Shown: one piece after another, positions 50,905 to 64,000 of the stretch
Layout of the letters: every line of letters begins with the position of its first letter
Numbering within the stretch: position 1 is the first letter of the stretch
Assembly: GCA_012295275.1 (NCBI GenBank)
Contig: CM022667.1
Coordinates: forward strand, 19,716,001 to 19,780,000
DNA: 64,000 nt
Origin: Chrysomallon squamiferum
Taxonomy: Eukaryota > Animalia > Mollusca
Direction of reading: 5' to 3'
Program-made: the position numbers and the translations under genes
Notes under the pieces: model-generated
The model's database searches: none
Told to the model about the DNA's origin: nothing
Seen by the model: the letters and a program-made list of their open reading frames with translations, nothing else

Positions 50905-52681
50905 GACACATACACACACACATTTGTTTGTATTTATTTTTGTATGAAGAGACTAAATATACATACAAGCAAACACACACACACACACATACGTGTAGAC
51001 AGTCATGATACAAACATAAATACATACATACCCACATACATTCATACATACAATGTGTCTGTGTATGTATCAATGTGTGTAGGTAAGTACGTATATTTTT
51101 GTATTTATGTTTGATTCATGTCTGTCTGTATGTGTTTATATGTATTTAATGTATGCATGTACGTATACACGTGTATGTTAACATATACAAAGACACACTA
51201 AAATTTGTACATATACAGATGTGTGTGCATATGTCTGAATTTGTATCGTGTCTGTTTATGTTTGTATCGTGTCTGTTTATGTTTGTATCGTGTCTGTTTA
51301 TGTGTTTATCGTGTCTCTGTTTATGTGTGTATCGTGTCTCTGTTTATGTGTGTATCCTGTCTCTGTTTATGTGTGTATCGTGTCTCTGTTTATGTGTGTA
51401 GTTGTGTCACGGTGACTAGTCTGAGTCGCGTTACTACCTACAATTTGGCTCGTTGCGTCTAAAGGGTAGCAGACTACAATAGCGTCACGTGACACGGTGT
51501 TAATTATCTGAGACAGCTTAAACTATTCTGAATCCACTAGAGAACAATAAACACAAACAAGAATTCGACATGGAAAATTGTTTATATATATTACATAAAG
51601 GGTAACATGCAGTTGAAAACGTGTGCCGACTACTTGTATAACGATCGCTCGGGCGTTCAGTAAACACCTCTGCAGACAGCCTTTCTGAATGTAGTTTGCA
51701 ATTTTAATGCCCATTTTGAGTTTGTTAATTCCAATATTTCTTAATTTATAAAATAACGGAACTTCTCCTAGTTACATAAAACAGCTTCTAAACAGCCCGT
51801 GGACGTCTGCATACGCTCTGATATTTTGTTTTTGTGTTTTTACCCCTATTTTCTGCCATTAATTAGGTAAACATTTGAGAACTGTAAACATATAAATTAT
51901 AAACGTGGTTATACACGATAGCTTAATAAATATTACCGTAATATAATAATATACTTAAGATAAAATGTAGCAGACATTCTGCTTTAAATGGGCATATAAA
52001 AATAAGTGTTTTGTAAAATAATATATATTTCACTATATAGCATACAAAATTATGACTAAAAACAAGCCAGGCAAGGAGGCACTAATGAGGTTCCGTCAAA
52101 ATATGTGTATATATAAATATATAAAGATGCATTCTCGTAATACAGACACACATCCATACACATACAAATATATATATCAATATACTGTTTTGCATACATA
52201 CAAACACATACACGTACACATACAAATACAAATACAAAAAAGACAATAAAGAAACCCACAATCATATGCTTACAGAGTTGCAAACAGGACAGACATACAG
52301 AAAAGTTCATAGACAAACCCACTTAAAGAAACAATGTACACACTGACATTCGGCTATGAACGTACATACACACGTACTGACACACGTATGTACAAACACA
52401 CACACACACATACATATATATACTAACACATATCTACATATGTATGTACATATACTCAATCATGGACACACACACACACACACACACACAAATAACATAC
52501 ATAAAAACAGACATACTTATATACTTAACAATCACATACAGACATACATATACATAGACCCGAATACAAATCGACAAAAATGTATGTGCAGATATAGACG
52601 TGTACATATAGGCCTATATGCGCATATACTTAGTCAAATACATACTTTCGTGTATATATATAATACATAGATATACATTTT

Positions 52682-52732
<51 letters not shown>

Positions 52733-53079
52733 GACATGCATGTATAAAATACACATACACAAAGAAATACACAAACACCCACTTTAATTATAAAATCTAT
52801 AATAAATTTACTCGGCTTGCTTACTTTTACGACATACACATCGTCGAGAAGTTCGAGTAATCCGCTGTGATGCATGATCGCTGGTTTCGAGAGAATGTCA
52901 AACACGTACACTTTTTTGTCCCACGTGCAGGCTTGAACGAGCGATAGTTGTTCGGAATCAGCCACTTTACACACTTTACAGTCTAAAAACACGATTTTTG
53001 ATTTCTTCAGTGTCTTTATCACTGATTTAGCTTTTCGAAGAGTATGAATCTTGTCGACTCTGGCTGGATTTCCTGCCAT
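48222..53079 (-). CDS. EXD1/Egalitarian-like DEDD 3'-5' exonuclease-domain protein, copy B (open frame, ~243 aa)
   Basis: Exons 53079-52825, 49477-49397, 49093-48885, 48408-48222 splice in frame. Motifs IVFLDCK, VYVFDIL, VVHDC, MFDIQ, VAAMDVTPLVPLY. Lacks the W..RP-equivalent segment (27-nt in-frame deletion relative to copy A). Confidence 0.82.
50692..50779. mobile_element. Short hairpin MITE-like element (duplicate of 40723-40810)
   Basis: Same 13-bp inverted repeat. Confidence 0.55.
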
Positions 53080-54420
53080 TTTGCTGAAATATAGATTTTG
53101 ATTTTTTTTTTTTTTTAAAGAAAAACTTCTTTTTATCTTCAAATTATAATTAGATTATAATAGTTTAGCAGAATTTTTTTTTTAATTCAGGCGTGCTGTT
53201 ATCCAATTTTACTTATTCACAAACAGATATCTTATATGTTTTGAACATTTGGAAATAAATGTTTACATTCTATTTAAAATAACAAACATTAGAAGGGAAA
53301 TTTATGATTGGAAGATAGATTTCAAATAAACAATAGAACAAAATTTTGCTTATTAAATTTGATCACAAACATAAATGAATATCGAGGCATAAAAAATGAA
53401 ATGCAAAAGCAATCGCGTTGACTTTTTAAAAATAGAATTTACTTACGTTCAGGAGTAAAATCACTGCTGAACCTGTAATGTTTGGTCTGTTTTAGCTTTT
53501 AAAACAAAGACACTCCAGCAAAATAACGAAAAAAAAAAATGTATTAATCATCTTAACATACGAGGCTAAAATTTGATAATGTCTTACCTTTTTTGTTGCA
53601 GAACTGATTTTTAAACACGATTCTTTTGAAAATGTGTACACGACTGACTGCACACTCGACAACATTCAGCGTCTTAAACCGCAGCTAACATTTACAGTTC
53701 AGTTCAAAATTGTCAACCCGCTATCAGTAGTTTCTTGGAACTTGTTTATACAGCCTTTGAAGTCTGGTAATAAATATTAAGTCTTATTGTGTTACGCGTC
53801 TTTTGCAACGAATAAACAAGTCTGAACAGTCTCGCCAGTCTGCCGCTATGTTGTGAATACAACCCATTGAAATAAGAAGTATTTACTATGTTCAGTACAT
53901 TTTATTTTTATTTTATATTTTCTAATAAGCGGTTAGGCCTATACATTAACTACTGAGAAATAAAGTGTTACTCTGAACTAAATGGAGGTGCACTGAAATC
54001 ATTATTACTGTCAGAACGAGAAAAAAAAAAGAAAAATTAATTCCTTTCATCTCGCAAGTTAATTCTTGAACAGAAATTGTACGTCGTCATACAAATGGCG
54101 ACACAGAAAAACACTCACCTTCGACGACTCAGCAAATGTAGATTTTTTATAGTTTGAAATATAAAGATGTAATCAAGAATTTCGTCTTTCCAGAACACAC
54201 TAAACTGAGAAACGCAACAACACACAAACATACATACACCAAAACCCCAGGAACGCGTACTCCAGTTTAAAAAAAACACACAAAAAAACTGAAATAAACT
54301 GATTGACGCATTTTGAATGTTTGTTTTCCTGAGAAATAATCATTTGATCGGTTCTAATCATTCTATATCTCAACAATGTTTTCAGTAAAGCCGATTAAGT
54401 GTTTTTCGTAAATTAATCGA

Positions 54421-54454
<34 letters not shown>

Positions 54455-54609
54455 TACGTACAGCTATTACCATTCATTGTCACTCACACATTCAGTAACA
54501 TACAATTCCAGAAACTTCGTCTGTTGAATTAACCAATACTGGATTCCTAACATTGTTTTGCAAAATATTGGTACATAATCTAAGACTGGTATACTTCGTT
54601 TTTGAAAGT

Positions 54610-54646
<37 letters not shown>

Positions 54647-56149
54647 CTAGTCCTTGAATACAGACAAAGGGCCATAATCCTTGCTGTCAGATAATGGCAT
54701 GTATTTTCCTGTTTTTATGGATACAGTAGCAGTTTGCTAATAGGTAGGTAGGAAGGAGTGACAGGTTTTTTTTTCCTAATTAATTTATAACAGTAAACGA
54801 ATTTTAAGACACAGGTAATTCAAGACACAAGTCGTCAGATTTTTCAAGAGTATATATATCTTTATTATTATTGTATCAGTCAACTGAAAAACACACTGGC
54901 CACGCCCCAGTGAGCCGATGTGCTCGGGCAAGAAACAGTTAACTTTATGAAGTTATTTCAGGTATTGTTAGAATCGTTACCGGGTATATTGTGTCGCTCG
55001 TGTATTTACTCTGTTGTTAATAATACAGTTTACGTCGGGTAAATATGATCAAAGCCTGTCTTGGATGATACGAAGAAACAGTATTGTTTTATTTGTAGCT
55101 GAGATGCCACAGACTGCTTCTGATGAACTGACTAGTTCTGCAAGTTTCTTTTACGCTTCAAACATGTTAAACATAAATAAATTCGAGCCGTTTTTTTTCT
55201 AAGTAACAATCCGATTTTCCGGATTTCTTAGTGAAACTGGAAATAATACATAAATATATTCGTCATACAACTTTCATACGATTAACTGATAATAAATATG
55301 ATTATGTACAAATTGATGCTAATGGAGGGATAATATAATTCTACATGAACTTCATTCGAGGGTTTAAATAAATAAAAAAATAAATAGTATTATTTTACCG
55401 TTCGTAGCCAGAGATACAGACTAACCACACTGATTAACTGACTAAAAATCATTCGCGCGAAATGGCTCAGTTTGTTTTAAGGTAAGTGTTTATAGGCAAA
55501 CTCTGTAGAAAGCTCATTTTACTGTTACACAACAAACTTTATGCAGTCGACATTCTGCATGAAGAATAGGCTTGGCCAGATTTGTAAGCAGACCCTAGTT
55601 GCTTAAAGTTATCACTTTTATGTAGACTTTTTAATAAAATAAATCACAGTAATATATGTTTATAAAGTTCTGGTTTATTATTGTCTTTTTAACATGATTT
55701 TTTTTCTTCCATTTGTCATCGTCATCAACCGACATTGTTATATAAATTTATTTTATTTTTAAATTTATTTTTATTCTTCTAAATTCAAATATAAAATGTA
55801 TATAACTGTTGTAATCATCTGTATTTGTTCGGTCATCATTGACGACACGTTCACATATCACAAGAGTAAAGAAAATATAAATTAAATTGCTGCCCATCAA
55901 CTCAAGTCAGAATCACGATAAGGAATAATGTAAAATATTAAAATTAAATACAATAATCTCCCCGCTGTTAATATCGATATTTTTAAATTACGTCCTAGAG
56001 AATACACCACACCCAGGCATGTTACCTGGACGCCTGTACGTCCAGCGTTCTTTGATTAATGAACTGCTCAGTGTTTGTGACAAGAATAACGCAGGAGTGT
56101 GTCTTGCGATAAATAAGTTAACATCTGCACGTCACTTACACGCTGCCTC

Positions 56150-58977
56150 TCAGCATGCACTGCTTCTCAACCTCATTCTGCCTGTGTCTGCAACTTTCAG
56201 AGCCTTCATGTTCTGCTTCTTCTTCGCCTTCCACTCCTCGAATGATATTTGACGAGGCGCTCGTCGTTTTAACTTTTCTTCCTCAATTTTGTTTAATTCT
56301 TCCATGCTGGCCTGCAAAATTTCTTTCATCAGTTGTTTTCGCTGTTCCGTGTGCTCCATCCATTCGTCGTACGAAATGGCCATAGTTAATAGCTGTTGTC
56401 TCTTTTTTTCCAGTTTCTCTTTCTTAAGTCTGATATCCTCTTTCGTTTCTCTGTCTTTCTCCTGATTCCGGTATTTCTTGCACCATTCTTTATAAGCCTT
56501 TGCATAATTACTTGCATCTACGTCCTCCGTTGTGTTTTGCAATGCAATGTCTGTTGTGATTAACCCCTTCACTGGCCTGTTTTTCATTCGATAAAGATCT
56601 TTTACTGTAACGTGGTCCGAACCACGCCTAGCTCTCTCCCTCTGGCGCTTCATCCATTCAGCAAACGCTTTTGCGTTTCTTTCTTCTCTTTCACTGTCGC
56701 TGTCGTCAGAATCGGATTCTTCACTCCCTTGTCTTTCTTCTCTGCGTTTTCTTTGCAGCCACTCATCGAACGTTTCTTTCCTTCTGTTTGGAAACAAATC
56801 CCTTTCAAACTTCTTCTGGGTTTCCGCTAATATCAATCTCCGTTTCTTTGTTTTCCACGACTCGTTTCTGCTCTGTCTTGACAGAAGCAGCTTACTTCCA
56901 GGAGGACGTGGTTTTAGCTGTGAATGCTGCTGAAAGTCCGGCGCAGTTTGCACACTCCTCTCATCACAGCTGCTCCCGACAGACGAGTCCTTACCCAAGT
57001 CCGGAACAGACACGAACGACACGTGACTTTCACGTTCACTCTGGCCAAGATGACTCTTAACACTGTCACCGCAACAGGTTGAAGTTTCCACCGAACTATT
57101 GTTTTCTTCGTTCCTCTTCTTGAGAATGGACTGATGTGACTGCCGAAAAGCCTTTCTGCCAGGTTCCTGTCTGTTAATTGCACAAGTGATAAGACGCGTT
57201 CCTGTATCTCCCCAGCTGATGACTGGCTTTCCAGGGTTGACGTCGACTTTAACCAGGTCGGAGAGCCATATCGAACAGACACTACAGATGAAGTAGCAGC
57301 ACTCGCCAGTCGAAATCTGCACGCGCTGGCTGCTCGAGTGTTGCTGTTGTCTGTGTCCCACATGAAAAACTCGTTAGACGAGCGTGGACACAGCTTCGGT
57401 TCACTGGGAGGGATCGCGTGTGACTGTTTTCTAACCGAGGTCTTCTCACTACCCTGATGAGATGGAGGAGTGGTTGGAGGTCGTGGAGACGTTGTAGGTC
57501 TTGAAGATGCCGTAGGTCGTGGAGATGTTGTAGGTCTTGTAGATGCCGTAATTCGTGGAGATGTTGTAGGTCTTGAAGTTGAAGGTCTTGAAGATGCTGT
57601 AGGTCGTGGAGACGTTGTAGGTCTTGACGTTGAAGGTCTTGAAGAGGTTGTAGATCGTGCAGTTCCAGGTCTTGAAGAGGCTGGCGGATGTGGTTCGTAA
57701 GAAAGGTTTGTTTTTCTAAACCCTGCTGAAAGCGTCTGCGTGTTTTTGGCAAACCTGTTAGGAAGAGACACACTGAACTGGAATGTTCTTATTTTTCTGA
57801 CACAATTTTTGGAGAAACTTTTCCTAGCTACGTCCATGGGTGTGTCCCCATTTGAATTCTTGCACGAAAGGATAGCACCATGTTGAACAAGTATGTCCAC
57901 AACCCGTTCTCGGTCTCTGCAACAGGCTGCATGTAACACAGAGTTGTTGTAGCCAGTTTTCCCATTGACACCGACACCTGCAAATAACGAAGTGACTGCT
58001 TAGTAACAAATTAATTATACTGATACTGCACTTAAACTGATATCTGTAGCCGTTACGCTGTTGTTCTTTATTACATCATTTGAACGGCATCCAGCTGGTA
58101 ATGTAATAAACTATAACACTCAAACGATGTATGACGTATCTAATGCATTCGTAACCTTTAATATTAAATATTAAAATAAAATATAAATAATAATAATAAT
58201 TTTTAGCAAAAAGGTACTTTGCTTTGAACGACAGGAATGGCTAAAAGAAAGCAAAAACTGTGAGTTTCAGTGGGAGAGGTGGTGCCATATTTAATTTTGA
58301 AACTTTACTGCTAAGAATTAGTGTAGAAAAAATCCATTCCTGCTAGAAAAAAAGTAACTTGTCGCGACCGTGTGAAAAACTGGCCTGTTTTTCCATTCCT
58401 GCTAGTTTCATCCAAAAAACTCTTTCTCTATAACCCTACGTAACTATTTGCAGAAAAATCATCTTTTAAAAAAATACCAAAGAATTTCATCGATCGTATC
58501 CAGATAAGCACCTGTCCTGATAAACGACTTACCTGTGTTAATGAGCATCTCGCACATTTTAACCAGACCAGAGAAACTGGCAAGAAACAGTGCCACGAAG
58601 CCCCTTTCCTGTATGACGTCTTCAGCTTTCGTCTGCTCTTCGTCCGTAGACATGCGTCTCCCGTTTTTAAACGACACTCCGCCGTTCTCGTACACCTCTT
58701 CCACGTTTCCCTGAAGAACCCAGTGGAACAGGTCCGTCCAGCTGTCGTAGAGTTTCGCTCTGAGAATGAAACCGTCCCAGACGTTCTGGTCGAGCACGAG
58801 CTGATGCTCGTCGTGCAGGAGCTGCGCGTCTGGTGACGTCAGCCGGTAGATGTGCGCGGGCATGCCCGTCACGAGCTCCAGACGTCCTCGCACCTCGCGC
58901 ACAGAGACGCCGGAGTTGAGGTGCCGCACGGAGCACACGTTGTCTGTTGGCAGGATAATGAACAAGGTGAAGGTCAT
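56150..58977 (-). CDS. Ubiquitin-like + ankyrin-repeat protein (ANKUB1-like N-terminus) with S/T/P/R-rich linker and C-terminal coiled coil bearing repeated [FY]xEW motifs; apparent frameshift within 57225-57373
   Basis: Exon 58977-58533 (UBL-like FIILP..VREVRGRLELVTGMP..YRL..LHD; ERGFVALFLAS..G) splices in phase 1 to the acceptor at 57977 (GVNGKTGYNNSVLHAAC..LVQHGA..KNSNGDTPMDVA, ankyrin). Frame A runs to 56914; overlapping frame B (57361-56150) encodes the coiled coil. Confidence 0.72.
57470..57680 (-). repeat. Coding tandem repeat (15/18-bp units) encoding RPTASS/RPSTS/RPTTSP
   Basis: Repeated GTAGGTCTTGAAGA / GGTCGTGGAGA units on the + strand. Confidence 0.85.
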
Positions 58978-59329
58978 TGCGACTGAAATCTCGCCGCTTC
59001 TGTCAGTGGTCGTTTGACTTTCGACTTCTCACGTTTTTATTCTATTTAGAAAAAATATATATAAATAAAAATAAATAAATAAATAAATAAAAGAAGAAAG
59101 AAATTTAAGAAATGATTTAAAATAATACTACAGAATAATGCCAGTAACAGTAAAAAAAAAAAAAAAAAAATACAATGATTAAACTAATCATTAAAATATA
59201 ATTTTTATTGTATTGGTTTGAACTCTGAAAGGCGTTTAGAATATTAAACATGTTTTAGTCGAACAACCAAATATTTTGCATTTTAAGGGTGGGAATCCCG
59301 TAAATTTATCACTCTATTTAATTTTTCCT

Positions 59330-59362
<33 letters not shown>

Positions 59363-61677
59363 GGAAATTGTAAGACTTGGTTTATATATTTTATTTATAT
59401 TTTTAACTGTTAATCGATTTCCGTAAATAAAAAAGCAAATAACAGAACAATCAATTACTTATTGATTAAAAAAAGTACTAACGATAAATTAATTTATTAT
59501 TCTGAAGTCGTTATGGCCATGGTGCCTTGAAGCCAAGGAAACGCTATTGTTTTCTTAATCCACAAAGGAAGAGACATTGTTAACATCTCTTCTCAGGATG
59601 ATGTTTAGAAGATAGGAAAAAAACCTATTAACTTCTTAACATCTAACGTGAGCTGGCTAAGTGGAAAATTCAACAGGCTGAACCTCTGTTTTAATTTAGA
59701 CGTTGTAATTAAGCTGTGTGACATACAACAAGACTGGTAGATATATGGGGAGGTGTCGTAGTGTCGACATTCTTAACAGAAATTATTATCTGCTATTATA
59801 AACTCTGTATCTAACTATCTAACTATTCGTGGATCACGTAGCAATGAGAATATTCTTGAACTCCTAACACAGTGCACGACTGTTCCAAACCATATCGTTT
59901 CTAAATACATTTGTGACAAACATATGTTACAAATCACATTGATTACAATATTGTTGGTCTCAGTATAGATCATATATTATTATTGCAGCTTTTTGTTTTA
60001 AACTATTATATAACAGTTTTCAAATAGCGAAGTAAAGATAAAATTTACCATTTAACTGATGATTCAGTGACAGACATATTTATAGAAGCATGTTAATGGT
60101 TATTCTATTTATTGTTATTTTTCCGGTTGTATTTCATATCAAGTGGAAACAGTTCTGGTTTCTACACCCACTCTTGTGTCAGAAAGAGAAGACAGCAGAA
60201 GTTTATTATATTTTCCCACTTACCTTTTGTAACAAGGATCGTCACTGTTTTTTTACTGATAATCAAGTACTCTATATTAACAAATGACGAGTCAGTTTTG
60301 AATCTCCTTACATTGTAATGTTGCTAATTTCTTATTCTAAGATACACGATGACAGAGAAAAATACTAGTAGTTGTTACAAACCATCTGTGACTATTTCTT
60401 TCATTATTGTTATTTTTCATTGTCTCTTTCTTTGCACTTCGGTGAAAATCTAATTAACCTTCTACTTCTCGTCAGTATGAATCCTTGATTCAGTGTTTAC
60501 TTTCATTTGTGACGTGTGTGGTGTTTGAACAGTGTGTACATTTGATATACGAACTGTCAAAGTTCAGACTGATCGGTTTCCAGCTCAAATACGAGTAGTA
60601 ATAACAAATTTATGATAATGTACTTTGATATCTCCGTTTAACTAAACACAGCATTACTTACTTCAACGTGAACAAACACAGAGTACTTTATAATGTGTCA
60701 ATAACACCACGGACAAACTTTTACTGTTGTCACAGACATCATTAATTCGTGAACGAACAAGTTTGCAAAACGCCTTGACTGTTTATTCATGAAATTTACC
60801 AAACAATAAAACTATATGTTTAATAAAGTAACTGTAGTTCAAAATCGTGACTTTCTATAATTAAATATAATTATAATTAATCTGTGTCCATTAACTGAAC
60901 ATTTTTTTCAGGTATAAACATAAAATTTATTATTGTCATCGTCATCATTATTATTATTATTATAACTATATAAATAATGTATTAATATTTTGTTTTGTTT
61001 ATCAGTGATATAATAAAAATGTATTATAATAAACATTATTATGGTAGCCTTCTTAGTACGATGACGTTGTTCAATAATTTTTGTATTGGAATATAATTAC
61101 TGCAAACTTATCCTTTACTCATATAATGTTTGGATTAATGGTATGTAAGTGCGGTGCATTTATATATAGATGTCATATTACAAAAAAATAAATAAATAAA
61201 AATAAAAATAAAAAAAAAACCTCCATTAGTCACACACAGTACCTATAAGCTTTATATCGGTAAAGAGGATCAGTATTTCAGTCAGAGCCGGTGCTATTTT
61301 CTCTGTCAGCCGACCAAGCATATTCCATGTGTCAACGAAGTAATACCAGCTGACACGCGAAACCGATTTTAATCTCAGCCTGCAGAATGAAAACACATTT
61401 ATCTACCATTAATTATAAGTGTTTCGAACTGCGTGCGCGCCAGTATTCCGTCTATGCCAGCACAGGATTATCTTTGTTCGGTTATAACACTAGCTTTCAT
61501 TTCAGTCCGAGCCCGTTAGCAATTTCACGTTTTTCCTCACTAAAAGACTTTAGATTAGCAGAATACAAATATAAATGTGTGGTATGTAATCTTTTAATAA
61601 CGAAATGAGTAAGTTGGAATATCTCCTCTTAATATTTTGTATTTAGATCTGATACTGTATTATTTAATTTTATATAG

Positions 61678-61680
61678 TTT

Positions 61681-61712
<32 letters not shown>

Positions 61713-61793
61713 TTTAATTTAATTTAATTTAATTTAATTTAATTTAATTTAATTTATTTTATTTTATTTTATTTTATTTTATTTTATTTTATT

Positions 61794-61840
<47 letters not shown>

Positions 61841-61922
61841 TTATTTAATTTAATTTAATTTAATTTAATTTAATTTAATTTAATTTAATTTAATTTAAAT
61901 TTATTTTATTTTATTTTATTTA
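61678..61922. repeat. Compound pure-AT microsatellite (TTTA)n(TTTAA)n(TTTTA)n
   Basis: About 245 bp containing only A/T in alternating tetra- and pentanucleotide blocks. Confidence 0.92.
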
Positions 61923-62556
61923 ACATCATTTACATTATAATACCTCAGATACTGTCTAACGAAATCGCTGGAGCAAATTACCTTGTATGAATTCACCTTT
62001 ACGAATAAATGTATTGCTAAGCTGTATATGGTGGACCAGTTATTTGATATGTTTATTTGCTTGTTGAATTATAAACATATGTTAATGACGTGTTATATTA
62101 CTTTGATAATCAATTTATGTTATATATTACAGGTTCTTGTAATTCGATCGCCCGATTTTGATTTACGAAATCTGAACTTCATACATGAAAATATCTTTTG
62201 TACTGTAAATATGTATTTTTAAATGTTTTAACTCATTTTTGATAATAACAAACTGACTTAAACAATAAATGATGTATGTGTATGGGGTGTGTGTCTATAT
62301 ATATATATATATAGATACGTATATGAAAATTTATCACTTGTATATAATTTAGAAATAGATCGGTCCTTTGAACTTTGACAGAATATATATATATAAAATT
62401 TACACACTGTATTTTACAAGGGAAAGTAAATATTTTATCAACACGAAATATCGCGCCAGACACGTACCGACAAAGATCTGAAGATTGATAAATTTCAGTG
62501 AAGAACACGTAAAACACAAGTGTCAAAACTCATAATCACAGAGAGCCAAAAGACAT

Positions 62557-62603
<47 letters not shown>

Positions 62604-63339
62604 TTTTGAGTATAAAATAATGTAGGAATGTTAAAATAAAACTTGTAAATCAGTTTTTAAAATATTGACATTAAAACAAGGAGAAAAAGAAACAAGAAAA
62701 CATTTGGTGGAAGTTGTAAACTCAGTATATCACAAGTAGAGGTAAAAAAATTATTTATAAAAAATAAAATAAAAATTGAGAGATCGAATTACAAAAACCT
62801 GGTCTGTCTGCAGCAATGTCAGTATGTTAGCGTGCGAGTGGGACTGTGTGTTTGCTGTGCAGGTAAAAATCCATTATGCATTTATTTTTAATCCTACTTA
62901 TCTAAATCAGAATTTAAAAATCTGATCATGAACAGGGAACAAAACGTTAATTTTTTTGAGCCTCTGTGGTTAACAAGAGAGAGAGAATATATATATAATA
63001 ATAATAAAATGTAAATGTAAATGGAAAAGGAATAATAATATTAAAAATAATCTCAACGTTCGACAATAAGCCATTGTTGTACGTGTGCCTGACAGAGGCA
63101 ACCAAAGCTTAATGTATTTAACTCAGATAATTATTATTTTCCATAACAAAAAACTGTAATTATTTTCCTTGGCTTTTTATCTATCGGATAAAAGCGTCTT
63201 TGACATAACAGGGTTTATCTGTGAATTATTTTGAATAAATACATGTATCAAAATGCAATTTTTTTTAATTTTCTTTTTTTCTTCAAAGCAAACAATAACA
63301 AAGTACTAATAATAATATTAAATTTATTATTGGTTCAAC

Positions 63340-63668
63340 TACCACTACTACTACTGATTTTATTATTATCACTATCATTACTACTTTTTATTTTTTTTTT
63401 TTTTTTATAATATTGTTATTATTTTAATTTTATTACAACTATTAATAATAAAATAATATTATAACTACAACAGCTACTCTTTATTTTAGATACTACATCT
63501 ACTACTCTGCTGCAGCTGCTGCTATTACTGCTACTACTACTACTACAGTTACTGCTGCTAGTACTATCATTACTTCTATTAGTATGTCATTATTTTTCTA
63601 GTACTACTACTACTGCTACTACTACCATTATTACCACTACAACTAATAATAATAATAATGATAATATG
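63340..63668. repeat. Degenerate trinucleotide tract (CTA/CTG/TAA)n
   Basis: Runs of ctactacta, ctgctgct, taataataa. Confidence 0.8.
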
Positions 63669-64000
63669 ACTAAATAGATTAAAGGCTAAAAACCTGAGAT
63701 GGGTTGACGTCGTTGTATGCAAGCTGACTCAATCAGCCGATAAGCTGATTGTTGTGGTTTACTAACTAAACCCACTCAGAAAGATTTGTAGTCGAGTTGA
63801 CGGCTTAGTCGCTTCTTAGAATATTCACAATAAAAAAAAAAATAATAAATAAATACCGGCATCTATATTGATTGTTACTGTCAAAAATGTACAACATTTC
63901 ACACAATACTGTACTTAGGCATTTGTTAACAACTTACCCAAACGAACTGCAGTAAACTCGACTGAAACCATGTTTGATTTCCACTTAGTAAACTGACTCC

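Larger units (their letters stand above)
47284..57233 (+). repeat. Tandem segmental duplication, copy 2 (~9.95 kb)
   Basis: Same start and end sequences as copy 1; separated from it by the 11-nt filler ATTTTTGGAGA (47273-47283). Confidence 0.97.

Noticed and set aside
57282-57773. 163-aa LQDLQHL-repeat ORF and antisense GDVVGL-repeat ORF
   Set aside because: Alternative frames of the RPTTS coding repeat; only frame A connects to the ankyrin exon.
59600-64000. Short ORFs and possible MITE remnants in the right-hand intergenic region
   Set aside because: No recognisable protein motifs, coherent exon chain, or matched TIR/TSD pairs.

Overview
AT-rich, intron-rich animal genomic DNA, probably a mollusc or other lophotrochozoan (inferred from gene structure and transposon content). 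Exons were traced by hand using GT/AG sites and protein conservation. From left to right: (1) the probable 5' end of an unidentified minus-strand gene sharing a promoter with SPG7; (2) SPG7/paraplegin (+, 7771-17867), with a 1-nt loss in the Walker A codons; (3) a decayed PHD-MULE transposon (20783-23308; imperfect TIRs, 9-bp TSD CGTTCCTCC) nested inside a second, different transposase relic; (4) WRNIP1 (+, 23689-28146); (5) METTL3 (+, 29963-37594), with one GC-AG intron; (6) a ~10-kb tandem duplication (37127-47272 / 47284-57233) whose junction holds a short templated insertion; (7) a minus-strand gene for a ubiquitin-like + ankyrin + coiled-coil protein (58977-56150). The duplication carries two copies of a 4-exon EXD1-like DEDD exonuclease-domain gene with substituted catalytic residues, a second METTL3 terminal exon, and an orphan 3' piece of the ankyrin gene. 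The most striking signal is that the two EXD1-like copies differ almost only by amino-acid-changing substitutions, with a hypervariable patch in exon 3, while adjacent introns and the co-duplicated exons of the neighbouring genes are nearly identical or differ mostly synonymously.
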